Part shown: one piece after another, positions 10,424 through 20,545 of the stretch
Layout: the number at the start of each line of letters is the position of its first letter
Numbering within the stretch: the first letter of the stretch is position 1
DNA from: Sandaracinaceae bacterium
GTDB lineage: Bacteria; Myxococcota_A; Polyangia; Polyangiales; Sandaracinaceae
NCBI GenBank assembly: GCA_044220955.1
Contig: JBGAQA010000002.1
Coordinates: 32,001-96,000 of the forward strand
DNA: 64,000 nt
Reading direction: 5' to 3'
The notes under the pieces: generated by a model
The model's database searches: none
Told to the model about the DNA's origin: nothing
The model's input: only the letters and a program-made list of their open reading frames with translations
Translations under genes and position numbers: made by a program

Positions 10424-11020
10424 TCACTCGGGACGGAGGTGCACGACGCGGTCCCCCGTGCCGGTGACCGCGACGTCGACGAGCGCGCCGTTCGCGAGAG
10501 CCCGGATCGAGGTCTCGGTCCCGCCCTCGAGCGCCAGCGACGCTTCGCTCCCCGTGGCGCCGAGCATGGCGCTCCCGTGCTCCCCGGTCGCCCGGACGAC
10601 GCCCACGCCGCCGCCCTCGATCGATATCTCCGCCCGAACCGTGCCGCTGCCATTCGCGACCGCGATCGAGCCGAGGTCCATAGACGCGTGGCGTCCATCC
10701 TCGCCGGCGATCGACACCTGGCCCGGGGCCAGGCTCAGCCCGAGCTCTCCCTCGCGGACGAACGCCTCACCCGCGGCGAATCGAGCGGAGCGTGAGCCGT
10801 TCTCGACCCACAGCCCGTCCGCGGTGAGTCGGACGCGCCGGAGGCCGTCGTCCGAAGCGAGCTCGATGGCGCTCGGCGCCGGCGGCGGCGCCCCGTTGCA
10901 TGCCACCGCGCTGACGACGCCGGCGGCGAGGAGGAAGGTCAGCCTCCAGCGACGCACCTCCCGCTCGAGGTGCGCCACGCGCGTCTCCAGGTGCCCGAGC
11001 TCCGTCACGGTGGGTTCCAT
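10424..11020 (-). CDS. Hypothetical membrane/lipoprotein
   Basis: Short coiled coil, hydrophobic stretch ending AVAC, beta-rich remainder. Confidence 0.6.
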   Translation of the reverse strand: MEPTVTELGHLETRVAHLEREVRRWRLTFLLAAGVVSAVACNGAPPPAPSAIELASDDGLRRVRLTADGLWVENGSRSARFAAGEAFVREGELGLSLAPGQVSIAGEDGRHASMDLGSIAVANGSGTVRAEISIEGGGVGVVRATGEHGSAMLGATGSEASLALEGGTETSIRALANGALVDVAVTGTGDRVVHLRPE

Positions 11021-11148
11021 TGGCGCAGCCTAGGCTCACCCGCGAAGACGAAGCCAGTTCGCGCAGCGCGTCTGCGGCGAGCGGGTCCGCGATGTCCTTC
11101 GTGGTGCGTCCTACCGCGGCGGCCCAGGGGCTGCCCCGAGGGCGCGCG

Positions 11149-11838
11149 TCAGGGCACGGGCGAGAACGACACGTCGTCGTAGGTCACGCGCCCCGGGTAG
11201 TGGCCGCTGAGCCAGATCACCGCGCGGTGCGCGTTCGGCGGCGCGACGAGGTCCCAGCTCAGATCGGTGAAGTCGTAGTTCACGTCGACGGGGCGCGGGT
11301 TCTTCTCGTCGCCGAAGACCGCGTCGCTCGCGTCGAGCCACTGCAGACCGATCACGAACCACGCGGCCGGGTTGTCCTGGCGCTCGGCGCGCACGTGCGC
11401 ACTGATGCGGTAGGTCCGGCCGGGTGTGACGGTCGAGTAGTCCGTGAAGCTCTGGATCGCGGTGCAGTCCCAGCTGCCCATCGCGTCGATCGCGAGCGCA
11501 CTCCCGCCGCAGCGCGGCTCGCCGGCGACGATCGCGAGGTGTCCGCCACCGCACGCGGCCGCGGTGCTGGGCGAGCGGATCTGCCAGGTCGGCGGCACGT
11601 CGCCGGCGAGACCGTCCTCGAAGCGACCGTCGATCAGGTCGCCGGGCGGCGAGCCGCAGGGAACGGGCCCCGCGTCGGGGAGCGTCGCCGCGTCGATCCG
11701 GGCGTCGGCCCACGCCGCGTCGGCGGAGGACGCGTCCGCGGCGAAGGCGTCCATGCCGGCGCCGCCGTCCGACGTCCGTGGGGTCGGACCCGAGCATCCG
11801 GCGACCAGGAAGAGCACGAACGCCGCCGCGACTCGCAC
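11149..11838 (-). CDS. Lipoprotein with CBM4/9-like jelly-roll domain
   Basis: LVAGC lipobox; LIDGRFE, VTPGRTYRISAHVR and YDDVSF pattern. Confidence 0.72.
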   Translation of the reverse strand: MRVAAAFVLFLVAGCSGPTPRTSDGGAGMDAFAADASSADAAWADARIDAATLPDAGPVPCGSPPGDLIDGRFEDGLAGDVPPTWQIRSPSTAAACGGGHLAIVAGEPRCGGSALAIDAMGSWDCTAIQSFTDYSTVTPGRTYRISAHVRAERQDNPAAWFVIGLQWLDASDAVFGDEKNPRPVDVNYDFTDLSWDLVAPPNAHRAVIWLSGHYPGRVTYDDVSFSPVP

Positions 11839-12090
11839 GCGCCCAGCGTATCGCGAGGGCGAGAGCGAGTCAGCGTCGACTGGCGGCGCTCGGTGTCGCG
11901 CGGGAGCTCGGCGCGTGCGCCGACGTCGCGAGCGAGCCCGTCGTCGCGATCGACGCGGCGAAGTGGACGACGATGGCGGGGCTCGGGAGCGAGGGCGGGC
12001 CCGACGTCTCGTCGGGGTCTCGAGGCGTCCCCACGCCCGGTCACGGACGACGACGCCCTCCCGGCGCTCGGGCTGTGCGAGGATGGGCAC

Positions 12091-12354
12091 ATGCAGGACG
12101 CTCCGCACTATCTCCGCTTCGCTCGCTCGCTCGCCCTCGTGTCCGTCGCGCTCGCGACCTCGGCCTGTGGGCAGAGCACCGGTAGCAGCTGCAGCATGCA
12201 GGGGCAGGCCTGCACCATCGGCCAGACGTCGACAGCCGCGTGCTGCGTCTGCACCGCGCCCTCGACCGAGGCCGGCCCGCCGCCGGACGGAGGCGCCGGC
12301 ACGTGGGTCTCGCCCTGCATCGGACCGCTCTGCCCGCCCGAGCTCTCCGCGTAA
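12091..12354 (+). CDS. Small Cys-rich lipoprotein (87 aa)
   Basis: ATSAC lipobox, 8 Cys, C-terminal GPLCPPELSA. Confidence 0.6.
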   Translation: MQDAPHYLRFARSLALVSVALATSACGQSTGSSCSMQGQACTIGQTSTAACCVCTAPSTEAGPPPDGGAGTWVSPCIGPLCPPELSA

Positions 12355-12453
12355 CCTGCTCGCGGTACGACGTACCGTGCCCTCCGGTGGCCCGCCCAGC
12401 AGAGTGGCGACTTGCCGCTTCGATGTCTCGGCGCTAGGCGAGCCAGGGGGATC

Positions 12454-13203
12454 ATGAAAGAGGAACGCTTCGACGAAGCGGTCGCAGTCACTCGCGACAT
12501 TCACTGGGTAGGCTTCTACGACGAGCAGGCGCGGTTGCACTGCAACCCGTACTTGCTCATCGACGACGACGAGGCCGTGCTCTTCGACCCAGGATCAATC
12601 CCCGATTTCGCCGTCTCGATGCGCAAGGTCATCGACATGGTCCGACCCTCGGAGATCTCGACGATCGTTGCCTCGCACCAGGATCCCGACGTGTGCGGCA
12701 ACCTCGCGATCGTCGAAGACGTCATCGACCGCCCCGACCTACGCGTGGTGGCCCACTCACGAACGATACGGCTGATCCGGCACCTCGGACCGCGCTCGGA
12801 GTTGTGGGCGTGCGATGAGCACGACAACGTGCTCACGCTGCGCAGCGGGCGCGTTCTACGGTTTCTGCCGACGCCCTACTTGCATGCGCCAGGTGCTATC
12901 GCGACCTATGACGAACGAACGCGCTCGCTGTTCACGAGCGACCTCTTCGGCGGCGTCTCCTCGAGTTGGTCTCTGTTCGCGCGTGGTGACTTCCTCGGCG
13001 CTATGACGGCATGGCACCAGGAGTACATGCCGTCTGGCGCGCTGCTTCGGCAGGGGCTCGCGCGCCTTCAGGCGCTCGCGCTCGACCGCGTGCTGCCTCA
13101 GCACGGCTCGGTGCTCGAGGGAGAGCAGATCGGACAAGCGTTCGAGCATCTGAAGAACCTTCGCTGCGGCGTCGATCTCGAAGACGACGCGGTGGCGCAC
13201 TGA
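12454..13203 (+). CDS. ODP-family oxygen-binding di-iron protein (MBL fold)
   Basis: CNPYL, DPGS, SHQDPD, HAPG, SDLFG and PQHG motifs; no flavodoxin domain. Confidence 0.82.
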   Translation: MKEERFDEAVAVTRDIHWVGFYDEQARLHCNPYLLIDDDEAVLFDPGSIPDFAVSMRKVIDMVRPSEISTIVASHQDPDVCGNLAIVEDVIDRPDLRVVAHSRTIRLIRHLGPRSELWACDEHDNVLTLRSGRVLRFLPTPYLHAPGAIATYDERTRSLFTSDLFGGVSSSWSLFARGDFLGAMTAWHQEYMPSGALLRQGLARLQALALDRVLPQHGSVLEGEQIGQAFEHLKNLRCGVDLEDDAVAH

Positions 13204-13209
13204 GGGGCC

Positions 13210-14712
13210 ATGGCGGTGGATGTTCGAACCGAAGGCATCCGCAATCTCGCCGCGATCCAGAGCACGAACCGCGGACTGGTCGAGCGCGCGCTGCACATGC
13301 GCGCGGTGAGTTACCTCGCTCAACAGAAGGCGAGCCTGCTGACGCAGACGATCTTCGAGATCGATCGCAGCAAAGAGCACCTGCGCGAGCACTCGCGCGT
13401 CCTGGCAGAGAAGCAGGAGACGATTCGCCAACAGAAGTCCGATCTCGAGGCTCGCACCGCGGCGCTGGAGGAGATCCGGCGCACGCTCGAAGACCGTGTA
13501 AGACAGCGCACTCGAGAACTCGAAGGCGCGAACGCCGCGCTACGGGAGAGCGCCGCCGAGCGCCAGATCCTCAACGCGAAGTTCCTGCGCGCACAGAAGC
13601 ACGAGGTGCTGGGCCGGCTGGCCGGGGGTGTGGCCCACGACTTCAACAACCTGCTCACGATCATCCTGGGGAGCACGCAGCTGGCGCTGATCGAGGGCGA
13701 TCGGGGCGAGACGCAGAAGTTGCTCGGTGACGCGATCGACGCGTGCGCTCGCGGCGCGGCGCTGACCCGGCAGATGCTCTCGTTCGCCGGCAGGCAGGTG
13801 CAGGCGCCCGTCGTCATCGCACCCGCCGCCGTGGTGAACGAGTTCGCGCAGCTGCTGCGACGCTCGCTGGGCGAAGCGGTGACGCTCCAGCTCGACGTCG
13901 ACCCCGACGCAGGGAACGTCTTGGCAGCGGTCACCGGGCTGGAGCAGGTGTTGCTCAACCTCGTGGTCAACGCGCGGGATGCGATGCCAAAGGGCGGGAC
14001 GATTCTCGTGGCCGTGCGCCGCGTGGAGCGAGCGCTGAACGGATCGCCGCCGCACGGCGCGTGTGTGGAGCTGCAGGTCACGGACACCGGCGAGGGTATG
14101 AGCCCCGAGGTCGTCGCCCATGTCTTCGAGCCGTTCTTCACGACCAAGGCGCCCGGTGTCGGCACGGGGCTCGGACTTGCCACCGTCGAGGCGATCGTGC
14201 GCGAGTGCAACGGCTTCGTCAGCGTCGAGAGCCGCGTCGGTGGTGGCACCACCTTCCGCGTGCACCTGCCGCTGGTCGTCGCCGCGAGCGACGTCGACCC
14301 GTCCGCCCGTCCCTCGCTGAGCACGCCGCGCGGAACCGAGTCCGTGCTCGTCGTCGACGACGACCTGAGCGTGCTGGACGTAGTGCGCCGCATGCTGCAG
14401 ACGCTCGGCTACCACGTGCTGTGCGCCGAAAGCGTCGCCGTCGCGACAGAGATCCTCGTGCGTGAACGCATCGATCTGCTCTTGCTCGACAGCGTGATGC
14501 CGTGCGGATCGCGCGAGGACTTCGAGGGCGTTGTCATGCAGCGATGGCCGGACACCCGAATCGTGCTGATGTCCGGCTACGCGGACCGCGCGCGAGTCCT
14601 GGATGCCGCGGGGCGCCCCCTGCCCTTCCTCGAGAAGCCGATCGAGTTCGCACGCCTCGCGACCGCCGTCCGTATGGAGCTCGATCGCGCCGCCGCTCCT
14701 GCGCGCCGCTGA
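13210..14712 (+). CDS. Cytoplasmic hybrid histidine kinase (HisKA-HATPase-REC)
   Basis: AHDFNNLL, NARDAM, DTGEGM, FEPFFTTK, GTGLGL; REC with VVDDD, D and KP; N-terminus is only a coiled coil. Confidence 0.93.
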   Translation: MAVDVRTEGIRNLAAIQSTNRGLVERALHMRAVSYLAQQKASLLTQTIFEIDRSKEHLREHSRVLAEKQETIRQQKSDLEARTAALEEIRRTLEDRVRQRTRELEGANAALRESAAERQILNAKFLRAQKHEVLGRLAGGVAHDFNNLLTIILGSTQLALIEGDRGETQKLLGDAIDACARGAALTRQMLSFAGRQVQAPVVIAPAAVVNEFAQLLRRSLGEAVTLQLDVDPDAGNVLAAVTGLEQVLLNLVVNARDAMPKGGTILVAVRRVERALNGSPPHGACVELQVTDTGEGMSPEVVAHVFEPFFTTKAPGVGTGLGLATVEAIVRECNGFVSVESRVGGGTTFRVHLPLVVAASDVDPSARPSLSTPRGTESVLVVDDDLSVLDVVRRMLQTLGYHVLCAESVAVATEILVRERIDLLLLDSVMPCGSREDFEGVVMQRWPDTRIVLMSGYADRARVLDAAGRPLPFLEKPIEFARLATAVRMELDRAAAPARR

Positions 14713-14762
14713 GCGCGCCCGGGTCGTGTCGCGCGACCACGATCCCGTGGAAGCGATCGCGG

Positions 14763-16697
14763 CTACGAGGACGGCCTCAGGCGGCGTGAGCGGAGCTCGA
14801 GGATGCCCACGACCACGACGATGAGGATCATCGCGAGCGTCGAGATCGAGAAGATCATCGGGACGCGCTCCGGATAGGCGAGCGTGAGCGCGATCGCGAC
14901 CGGGACCGGCGCGGCGGACCAGGCGGCGCGGGGGATCACCGTCCCCGACGCGCCTGCGACGACGCCCAGCACGACGAGATCCATCGAGAGCGTCGTGGCG
15001 GGGGGGACGTCGTGCAGGGCGGCCAGGACCCGGTGCACGACCAGCCCCCCGACCGCGAGCATGAAGAGCACCGTGATGCTCCGGCCCACGGCGTTGGCGA
15101 GCAGCCGGCGCCCGCCGAGGACCAGGACGACGCTCAGGGCGCCGAAGACGATCGCCCCGAAGCGCACGACGTCCCAGGGGCCGAACGCGTCGCTCTGGCC
15201 GTCGCCGCGCAGGATCACGAAGGCGGTCATCGCGACGCCGAGCGCGACCAGCGTCGCGAACATCAGCGCGCGTGCGCCCAGCCCGACCGAGATGTCGCTG
15301 TCCGCGTCGAGACTACGGAGGCGCGCGAGCCCGGCCTCCTTGAGTCGCACCCGCTCGTCGAGCGCCGCGATCTCCGACGCGAGCGACGCATCGCCGCCGG
15401 GCAGCTCGGCGAGGAGCGAGCGGGCGGCGCCGGGGTTCTCGCGCGCGAGCTCGTGTCGGATGGCCAGTCGCAAGCAGGCGCTCAGCGCGCGTCGGGCGTC
15501 CTCGTTCTCGGGCCACTCGCGCAGCGCCGACGAGAGCGCGAACCGGCACTCGGTGAGCTTGCGGTCCGCGCCCTCGTGCGCGCCCTCCTCGCCGGCGAAC
15601 ATCGCCTCGAGCACCTGCAGCTCCTGCTTGGCCGAGCGTGTCAGCGCGATCGAGCCGCGGTGGTTGCGCACCTCGTCGATCGCGCGGCGGAAGTCGAGCG
15701 CGCTCGCGAAGCGCTCGGCGGGATCCTTCGCCATCGCGCGGCGTGCGATCGCAGCCAGCTCGCCGGGCACCGACGCGTCGTACACGGGCGGCTCGGGGTC
15801 GTACGCGGCGAGCAGCGTCGCGTGGACGTTCGGCCCCCCGTTCGGCGGGGCGCCCGTGAGGACCTCGTGCAACGTCGCACCGAGGAGGAACACGTCGGTG
15901 CGCGCGTCGATCCTCGCGCGGACCCCGGCGACCATCTCCGGTGCCATGTAGGCGGGCGTGCCCACGAGATCCTGCCCCGTGGCGTCGTCGGTGCGCAGCG
16001 CGACGCCCCAGTCGGCGAGGTAGACCTCCCCGTGCGAGCCGAGGAGCACGTTCTCGGGCTTCACGTCCCGGTGGATCACGCCGCGCTTGTGTGCGAGCTC
16101 GAGCGCGTTCGCGACCTGCACGAAGATCGAGAGGTGCGCGTCGAGGCGGTCCTCGACGCGAGGGGCCAAGGCCTGCCAGCGCGGGTGCTGTGGATCGCGC
16201 ATCAGATCACGCCAGGGCGCGCCGTCGATCCGCTTCATGACGAGGACCAGGCGGCCGCCGCCGTCGAGACCGACCGCGTGCACGGGCACGACGTTGGGAT
16301 GCTCGAGGCGGCCCATGATCGTGGCCTCGGCGCGCAGCATCTCGGTCGCGTGCACGCTCGACGCCTCGTCCTTGAGCACCTTGATCGCCACCTCGCGACC
16401 GAGCGAGCGCTGCCGCGCGAGGTGGACGCGGCCCATGCCGCCCTCGCCGAGCAGGCCGAGGATCTCGAGGTCCGCGCTCGCGTGGGGCTCGCCGCCGTGC
16501 GGGTGCTCGGCGTCGACCCCGCTGAGCGCGATCCGGGGCAGGGGGCCCACGCTCGCGGCCGCGTCCGTGGCCGCCGGGATCGCCGGCCGGCTGCGCGCCA
16601 GCGTCTCGGGTGTGATCGTCGCGTCGAGGGCGAGGTCGACCGAGGGGAGCACTCCGAGCGTCGCCAGCTGCGTCTCGATGTCGATGGAGCCGGTCAC
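14763..16697 (-). CDS. Ser/Thr protein kinase with C-terminal multi-TM domain
   Basis: GEGGMG, VAIK, HRDVKPEN, DWG and APE motifs; about 6 TM helices at the C-terminus; start uncertain. Confidence 0.9.
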   Translation of the reverse strand: MTGSIDIETQLATLGVLPSVDLALDATITPETLARSRPAIPAATDAAASVGPLPRIALSGVDAEHPHGGEPHASADLEILGLLGEGGMGRVHLARQRSLGREVAIKVLKDEASSVHATEMLRAEATIMGRLEHPNVVPVHAVGLDGGGRLVLVMKRIDGAPWRDLMRDPQHPRWQALAPRVEDRLDAHLSIFVQVANALELAHKRGVIHRDVKPENVLLGSHGEVYLADWGVALRTDDATGQDLVGTPAYMAPEMVAGVRARIDARTDVFLLGATLHEVLTGAPPNGGPNVHATLLAAYDPEPPVYDASVPGELAAIARRAMAKDPAERFASALDFRRAIDEVRNHRGSIALTRSAKQELQVLEAMFAGEEGAHEGADRKLTECRFALSSALREWPENEDARRALSACLRLAIRHELARENPGAARSLLAELPGGDASLASEIAALDERVRLKEAGLARLRSLDADSDISVGLGARALMFATLVALGVAMTAFVILRGDGQSDAFGPWDVVRFGAIVFGALSVVLVLGGRRLLANAVGRSITVLFMLAVGGLVVHRVLAALHDVPPATTLSMDLVVLGVVAGASGTVIPRAAWSAAPVPVAIALTLAYPERVPMIFSISTLAMILIVVVVGILELRSRRLRPSS

Positions 16698-16865
16698 GAC
16701 GTCCGCGTCATCGGTCAGTCTCGATCGGCGGCCGCGCGTCCACAAGGGGGCACCGCCTGCGCACTGTGCAGGCGCTTGCGCACTCCCGAGCCCGGAAACG
16801 ACGCGGATCCGGGGGTGCACGGTCCTTGCGTGTGCGTAGGTTGGACCGCGGGGGTGGAGAAGACG

Positions 16866-17747
16866 ATGCGAGCTCGCGCTGGACTGATCTTCGTGGTGCT
16901 CGGTGCCCTCGCCCTGGCCGCGTGCAGCGACGACGACGGGCGCGGGCTCGCCGGACCGCCGCGCGACGCAGGGACGAGCGTCCCGCGGGACGCGGCCATG
17001 GTCCCCTCCGGTCTGCCCTGCGACGTCGCCACGGTGATGGCCGCGCGCTGCACCGTCTGCCACGGCGCGACACCGCTCGCGCCGGCCCCGATGTCCCTCT
17101 TGACCTACGAGGATCTGACGCGGCCCTCGATCACGATGCCCGGCACGAGCGTCGTCGCGCTGAGCATCGCGCGCATGCGGGACGCCCGCTCGCCGATGCC
17201 GCCGGGGACGATGCCGACGGCGACCGCCGCCGAGATCGCGACGCTCGAGGCGTGGGTGGCCGCCGGGACGCCGCGCGGAACGTGCACCGACCCCACCGAC
17301 CCCTACGGCACGCCGGTGATGTGCTCGTCGGGGACGCACTGGACGCTGGGGGACGAGGGCTCCGAGCTCATGCGGCCCGGCCGGGCGTGCATCAGCTGCC
17401 ACGCCACCAGCGGTGACCCCGGGGAGCCACCCCCGCCGGCGTTCTCGATCGCCGGCACCGTGTACCCGTCCGCGCACGAGCCGGACGACTGCAACGGCGT
17501 GCGCGGCGACGGCTCGGCGGCCATCGTCGTCGAGGTGCGCGGCCACGACGGGAACGTGCAGATGCTCTACCCGAACGAGGCGGGGAACTTCTTCTCCCTC
17601 GATCCGATCGCGCTGCCGCTCACGGCCGTGGTTCACTACCAGGGCCGGACGCGCGCGATGGTGACGGAGCAGCCGAGCGGCGACTGCAACAGCTGCCACA
17701 CCGAGGGCGGCACCTCGATGGCGCCCGGCCGCATCCTCTTGCCCTGA
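16866..17747 (+). CDS. Triheme cytochrome c lipoprotein
   Basis: LAAC lipobox; CTVCH, CISCH and CNSCH. Confidence 0.85.
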   Translation: MRARAGLIFVVLGALALAACSDDDGRGLAGPPRDAGTSVPRDAAMVPSGLPCDVATVMAARCTVCHGATPLAPAPMSLLTYEDLTRPSITMPGTSVVALSIARMRDARSPMPPGTMPTATAAEIATLEAWVAAGTPRGTCTDPTDPYGTPVMCSSGTHWTLGDEGSELMRPGRACISCHATSGDPGEPPPPAFSIAGTVYPSAHEPDDCNGVRGDGSAAIVVEVRGHDGNVQMLYPNEAGNFFSLDPIALPLTAVVHYQGRTRAMVTEQPSGDCNSCHTEGGTSMAPGRILLP

Positions 17748-17762
17748 CCTCGTTCTCGAGGC

Positions 17763-18479
17763 TCACATCAGGCGCTGCAGACCCCAGGGGGGCGCGGCGT
17801 TGACGAGCACGCCCGCGCGGCAGGTCATCCGCACCTGCGCGAACGTGGCGCCCGCCTTCGTCGCGGTCCACGTGTAGTCGCCGGGCGGGACGTTCGCGAA
17901 GAGCACGCCGCCGTCGTCCGACGTCTCGGTCAGCGAGCGCTGCGGGATGACGGAGGAGTTGAAGTACACCGGACCGGACGTCGCGGGCAGCGGCGGATCG
18001 AGCGTGACCGTCACGCCGGCCTCCCCGTGCGCGCCCGGGTCGTACACCGAGCGGCCGATGCGCGTGACGGTCGTGACCATCTGGCAGGCCGCCGGGTCGA
18101 TGGTCAGCGAGAGAACGCCAGCGAGCGCGTCGCGCACGTCCGGGGTCACGGCCTGGAAGGTCACGCGCGAGAGGCCCGCCGCCGGCACCTCGAAGGTCGC
18201 CGTCTGGACGAGGATGTAGTCCGGGTGCTCCATGACGAGCGATGCGTCGCTGCCGACGGGCACTCCGGGGATCAGGAAGTGCCCCGCGGCATCCGTCGTC
18301 GCGCCGAGCGTGGGATCCTCGAGCACGAACACGTGCGCGCCGGCGATCCCGCCGCTGATGCCCACGCTGAAGTCGAACGCGTCGCCGCTGATCGTGGCGG
18401 TCGCAGGCGTGGGCGCGCCGCAGCTCGCGAGCGAGAGAGCGGAGAAGAGGAGAGCGGAGAGGGACGCGAGACGCGACAT
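17763..18479 (-). CDS. Lipoprotein with carboxypeptidase-regulatory-like beta domains
   Basis: LASC lipobox; TTDAAGHFLIPGVP and NVPPGDY. Confidence 0.7.
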   Translation of the reverse strand: MSRLASLSALLFSALSLASCGAPTPATATISGDAFDFSVGISGGIAGAHVFVLEDPTLGATTDAAGHFLIPGVPVGSDASLVMEHPDYILVQTATFEVPAAGLSRVTFQAVTPDVRDALAGVLSLTIDPAACQMVTTVTRIGRSVYDPGAHGEAGVTVTLDPPLPATSGPVYFNSSVIPQRSLTETSDDGGVLFANVPPGDYTWTATKAGATFAQVRMTCRAGVLVNAAPPWGLQRLM

Positions 18480-18503
18480 GGCGCCGACCCTCGCATGCCT
18501 CGG

Positions 18504-18896
18504 TCAGCGGCGCCGCGACAGCGCGTGCGCGATCTCGCGAGCCCGGAGCGCCTCTTCCTCGAGCCCGCAGGCATCGAGGACGCTCGCGCGGAGCCGAAAG
18601 AGGCGGCAGAGACGGCGCGGTCCTCCGCCGGGCGGCGCGAGGGCCCCGAGCGCACGCGCGTCGAGCCGGAGCGCCACCTCCGGCGAGAGCTGCGTCGAGG
18701 CGCCGATCGCCGCGTCGATCTCCGCGAGCGCGGCGCGCACGTCACCACGCCCGAGCGCCTCGCGCGCGCGACCGAGCGCGGCGTCCGTCCGGCGCGCCTC
18801 GGACTCGGCATCGCTGCGCACCTCGACCGCGCTCGTGCGGGCGATCGCCGCGGCGAGCTGCCGCACGGCGCGGGCGATCGGGTCTTGCTCGACCAC
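18504..18896 (-). CDS. Hypothetical helical (TPR-like) protein
   Basis: ORF between two same-strand genes with Ala/Leu helical pattern. Confidence 0.45.
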   Translation of the reverse strand: MVEQDPIARAVRQLAAAIARTSAVEVRSDAESEARRTDAALGRAREALGRGDVRAALAEIDAAIGASTQLSPEVALRLDARALGALAPPGGGPRRLCRLFRLRASVLDACGLEEEALRAREIAHALSRRR

Positions 18897-18939
18897 ACGC
18901 GCAGAACGCTCGGCGGGCAGCGTTCATTTCGCGCACGCG

Positions 18940-20496
18940 TCACGGGTCGTCGAAGCCGTCGTCGTAGATCGGGACGGCGCCCGACACCGACGAGGGCTGA
19001 TCGTCGCCGGGCACGCCGTGCGGACGGCGCCGGTGCCCGCCCGGATGGTGCGCGGGCGGTGTGGGCGGCACGGCGACGGCAGTCGCCGGGACCGGCTCGG
19101 GCGTGGAGGGAACGGTCACCGCGGTGAGGGGTGGCGGCACGGGCGGACTCGCGGCGATGCTGGTCGAGGGAGGCGGCGTCGCGACGACGGCGGCGACGGT
19201 CGGCGGCGGCGCAGCATCCCCTCCGCGTCCCGCGATCAGCACGCCCGCGAGGATGCCGATGGTCACGAGCGCGATCGCACCCGCAGCGATCGCGATCATC
19301 CGATCGCGACCCATGGCCGGCGCGGCCGGCGTGGCCGCCGGGGGCGACGCGAAGGACCCCGTGCGGCGCGGCGCCGACGCCTCCTGGAACGCGTTCGGCC
19401 CGACGCTGTCCTCCCCGTCGGCGTGGTACTGCACACCGGGAGCGGAGACCGTCATCGTGCGCAGCGCGTTGCCGCGCTTCATCGAGCGCTCCTCCGGCAC
19501 CGCCTCCGTCTTCGGCAGCGAGACGCCCGAGAGGCTCTCCGGCAGCGCCGCCCGGCGCGCCTCGAGCCGCTCGCCGAGCACGGCCTCGAGGACCTCCGCG
19601 ACGCGACCGGCGTCCACGTTGTTCGCCGCGGGCAGCGCGTCGCCCAGCATCCGGCGGAAGTCCTGCGCGGTCTGGGGGCGCTGCGAAGGATCCGGGGCGA
19701 GCGCCGCGAGCACGACGCGGTCGAGCGCCGGCGAGATGCCCGGGGCGAGCTGGCTCGGCGGCGCGATCTTGGGGGCCCGCACCTGATCGAGGATCTGCAG
19801 GTCGTTCGCGCCGGTGAACATCCGGTGCATCGTCAGCATCTCCCACAGGACGATGCCGAGCGCGTAGACGTCGGTGCGGCGATCGACCGCGTGCCCGTAG
19901 GCCTGCTCCGGCGCCATGTAGCGCAGCTTGCCCTTGAGCGAGCCGGTCTCGGTCTTCTTGCCGGAGCTCGAGGCGGCCTTGGCGATGCCGAAGTCGATGA
20001 GCTTCACGTGTCCCGTCATCGAGAGGATCACGTTCTGCGGGCTCACGTCGCGGTGCACGACGCCGAGCGGCTCGCCCGCGTCGCCGCGCAGCTCGTGCGC
20101 CGCGTGCAGGCCGTCCGCGAGGCGCATCGCGATCCAGACGGCGAGGTCCGGCGCGAGGCGCCGCTCGAGCTTGGCGAGCGAGCCGAGGAGCGTGGAGAGC
20201 GCGCTCCCGTGCACGTACTCCATCGCGAGGAAGTACGTGCCGTGGTCCTCGCCCAGCTCCTCGACGTGCACCACGTTCGGGTGCTGGATGCGCGCCGAGA
20301 GCAGCGCCTCGTCGATGAACATCCGGATGAAGCCCTGGTCCTCCGCGAGGTGCGGGTGCACGACCTTGATCGCGACGTGCCGCGAGAACCCGGCCGCGCC
20401 CACGCGGCGCGCGAGGAAGAGCGTCGCCATCCCGCCGGCCTTCAGCCGCGCGATGATCTCGTAGTCGCGGATGCGGCTGCCGACGTCGATGGCCAC
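18940..20496 (-). CDS. Membrane Ser/Thr protein kinase
   Basis: VAIK, HRDVSPQN, DFG and APE motifs; TM helix and Pro-rich tail. Confidence 0.93.
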   Translation of the reverse strand: MAIDVGSRIRDYEIIARLKAGGMATLFLARRVGAAGFSRHVAIKVVHPHLAEDQGFIRMFIDEALLSARIQHPNVVHVEELGEDHGTYFLAMEYVHGSALSTLLGSLAKLERRLAPDLAVWIAMRLADGLHAAHELRGDAGEPLGVVHRDVSPQNVILSMTGHVKLIDFGIAKAASSSGKKTETGSLKGKLRYMAPEQAYGHAVDRRTDVYALGIVLWEMLTMHRMFTGANDLQILDQVRAPKIAPPSQLAPGISPALDRVVLAALAPDPSQRPQTAQDFRRMLGDALPAANNVDAGRVAEVLEAVLGERLEARRAALPESLSGVSLPKTEAVPEERSMKRGNALRTMTVSAPGVQYHADGEDSVGPNAFQEASAPRRTGSFASPPAATPAAPAMGRDRMIAIAAGAIALVTIGILAGVLIAGRGGDAAPPPTVAAVVATPPPSTSIAASPPVPPPLTAVTVPSTPEPVPATAVAVPPTPPAHHPGGHRRRPHGVPGDDQPSSVSGAVPIYDDGFDDP

Positions 20497-20545
20497 GCGG
20501 CCGATTGTAGCGCCGGATCGCGCCGCCCGTGAAATCCGGATCGGG

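Noticed and set aside
12454..13203. Beta-lactamase or flavodiiron NO reductase
   Set aside because: HQDPD rather than HxHxDH, no signal peptide and no flavodoxin domain.
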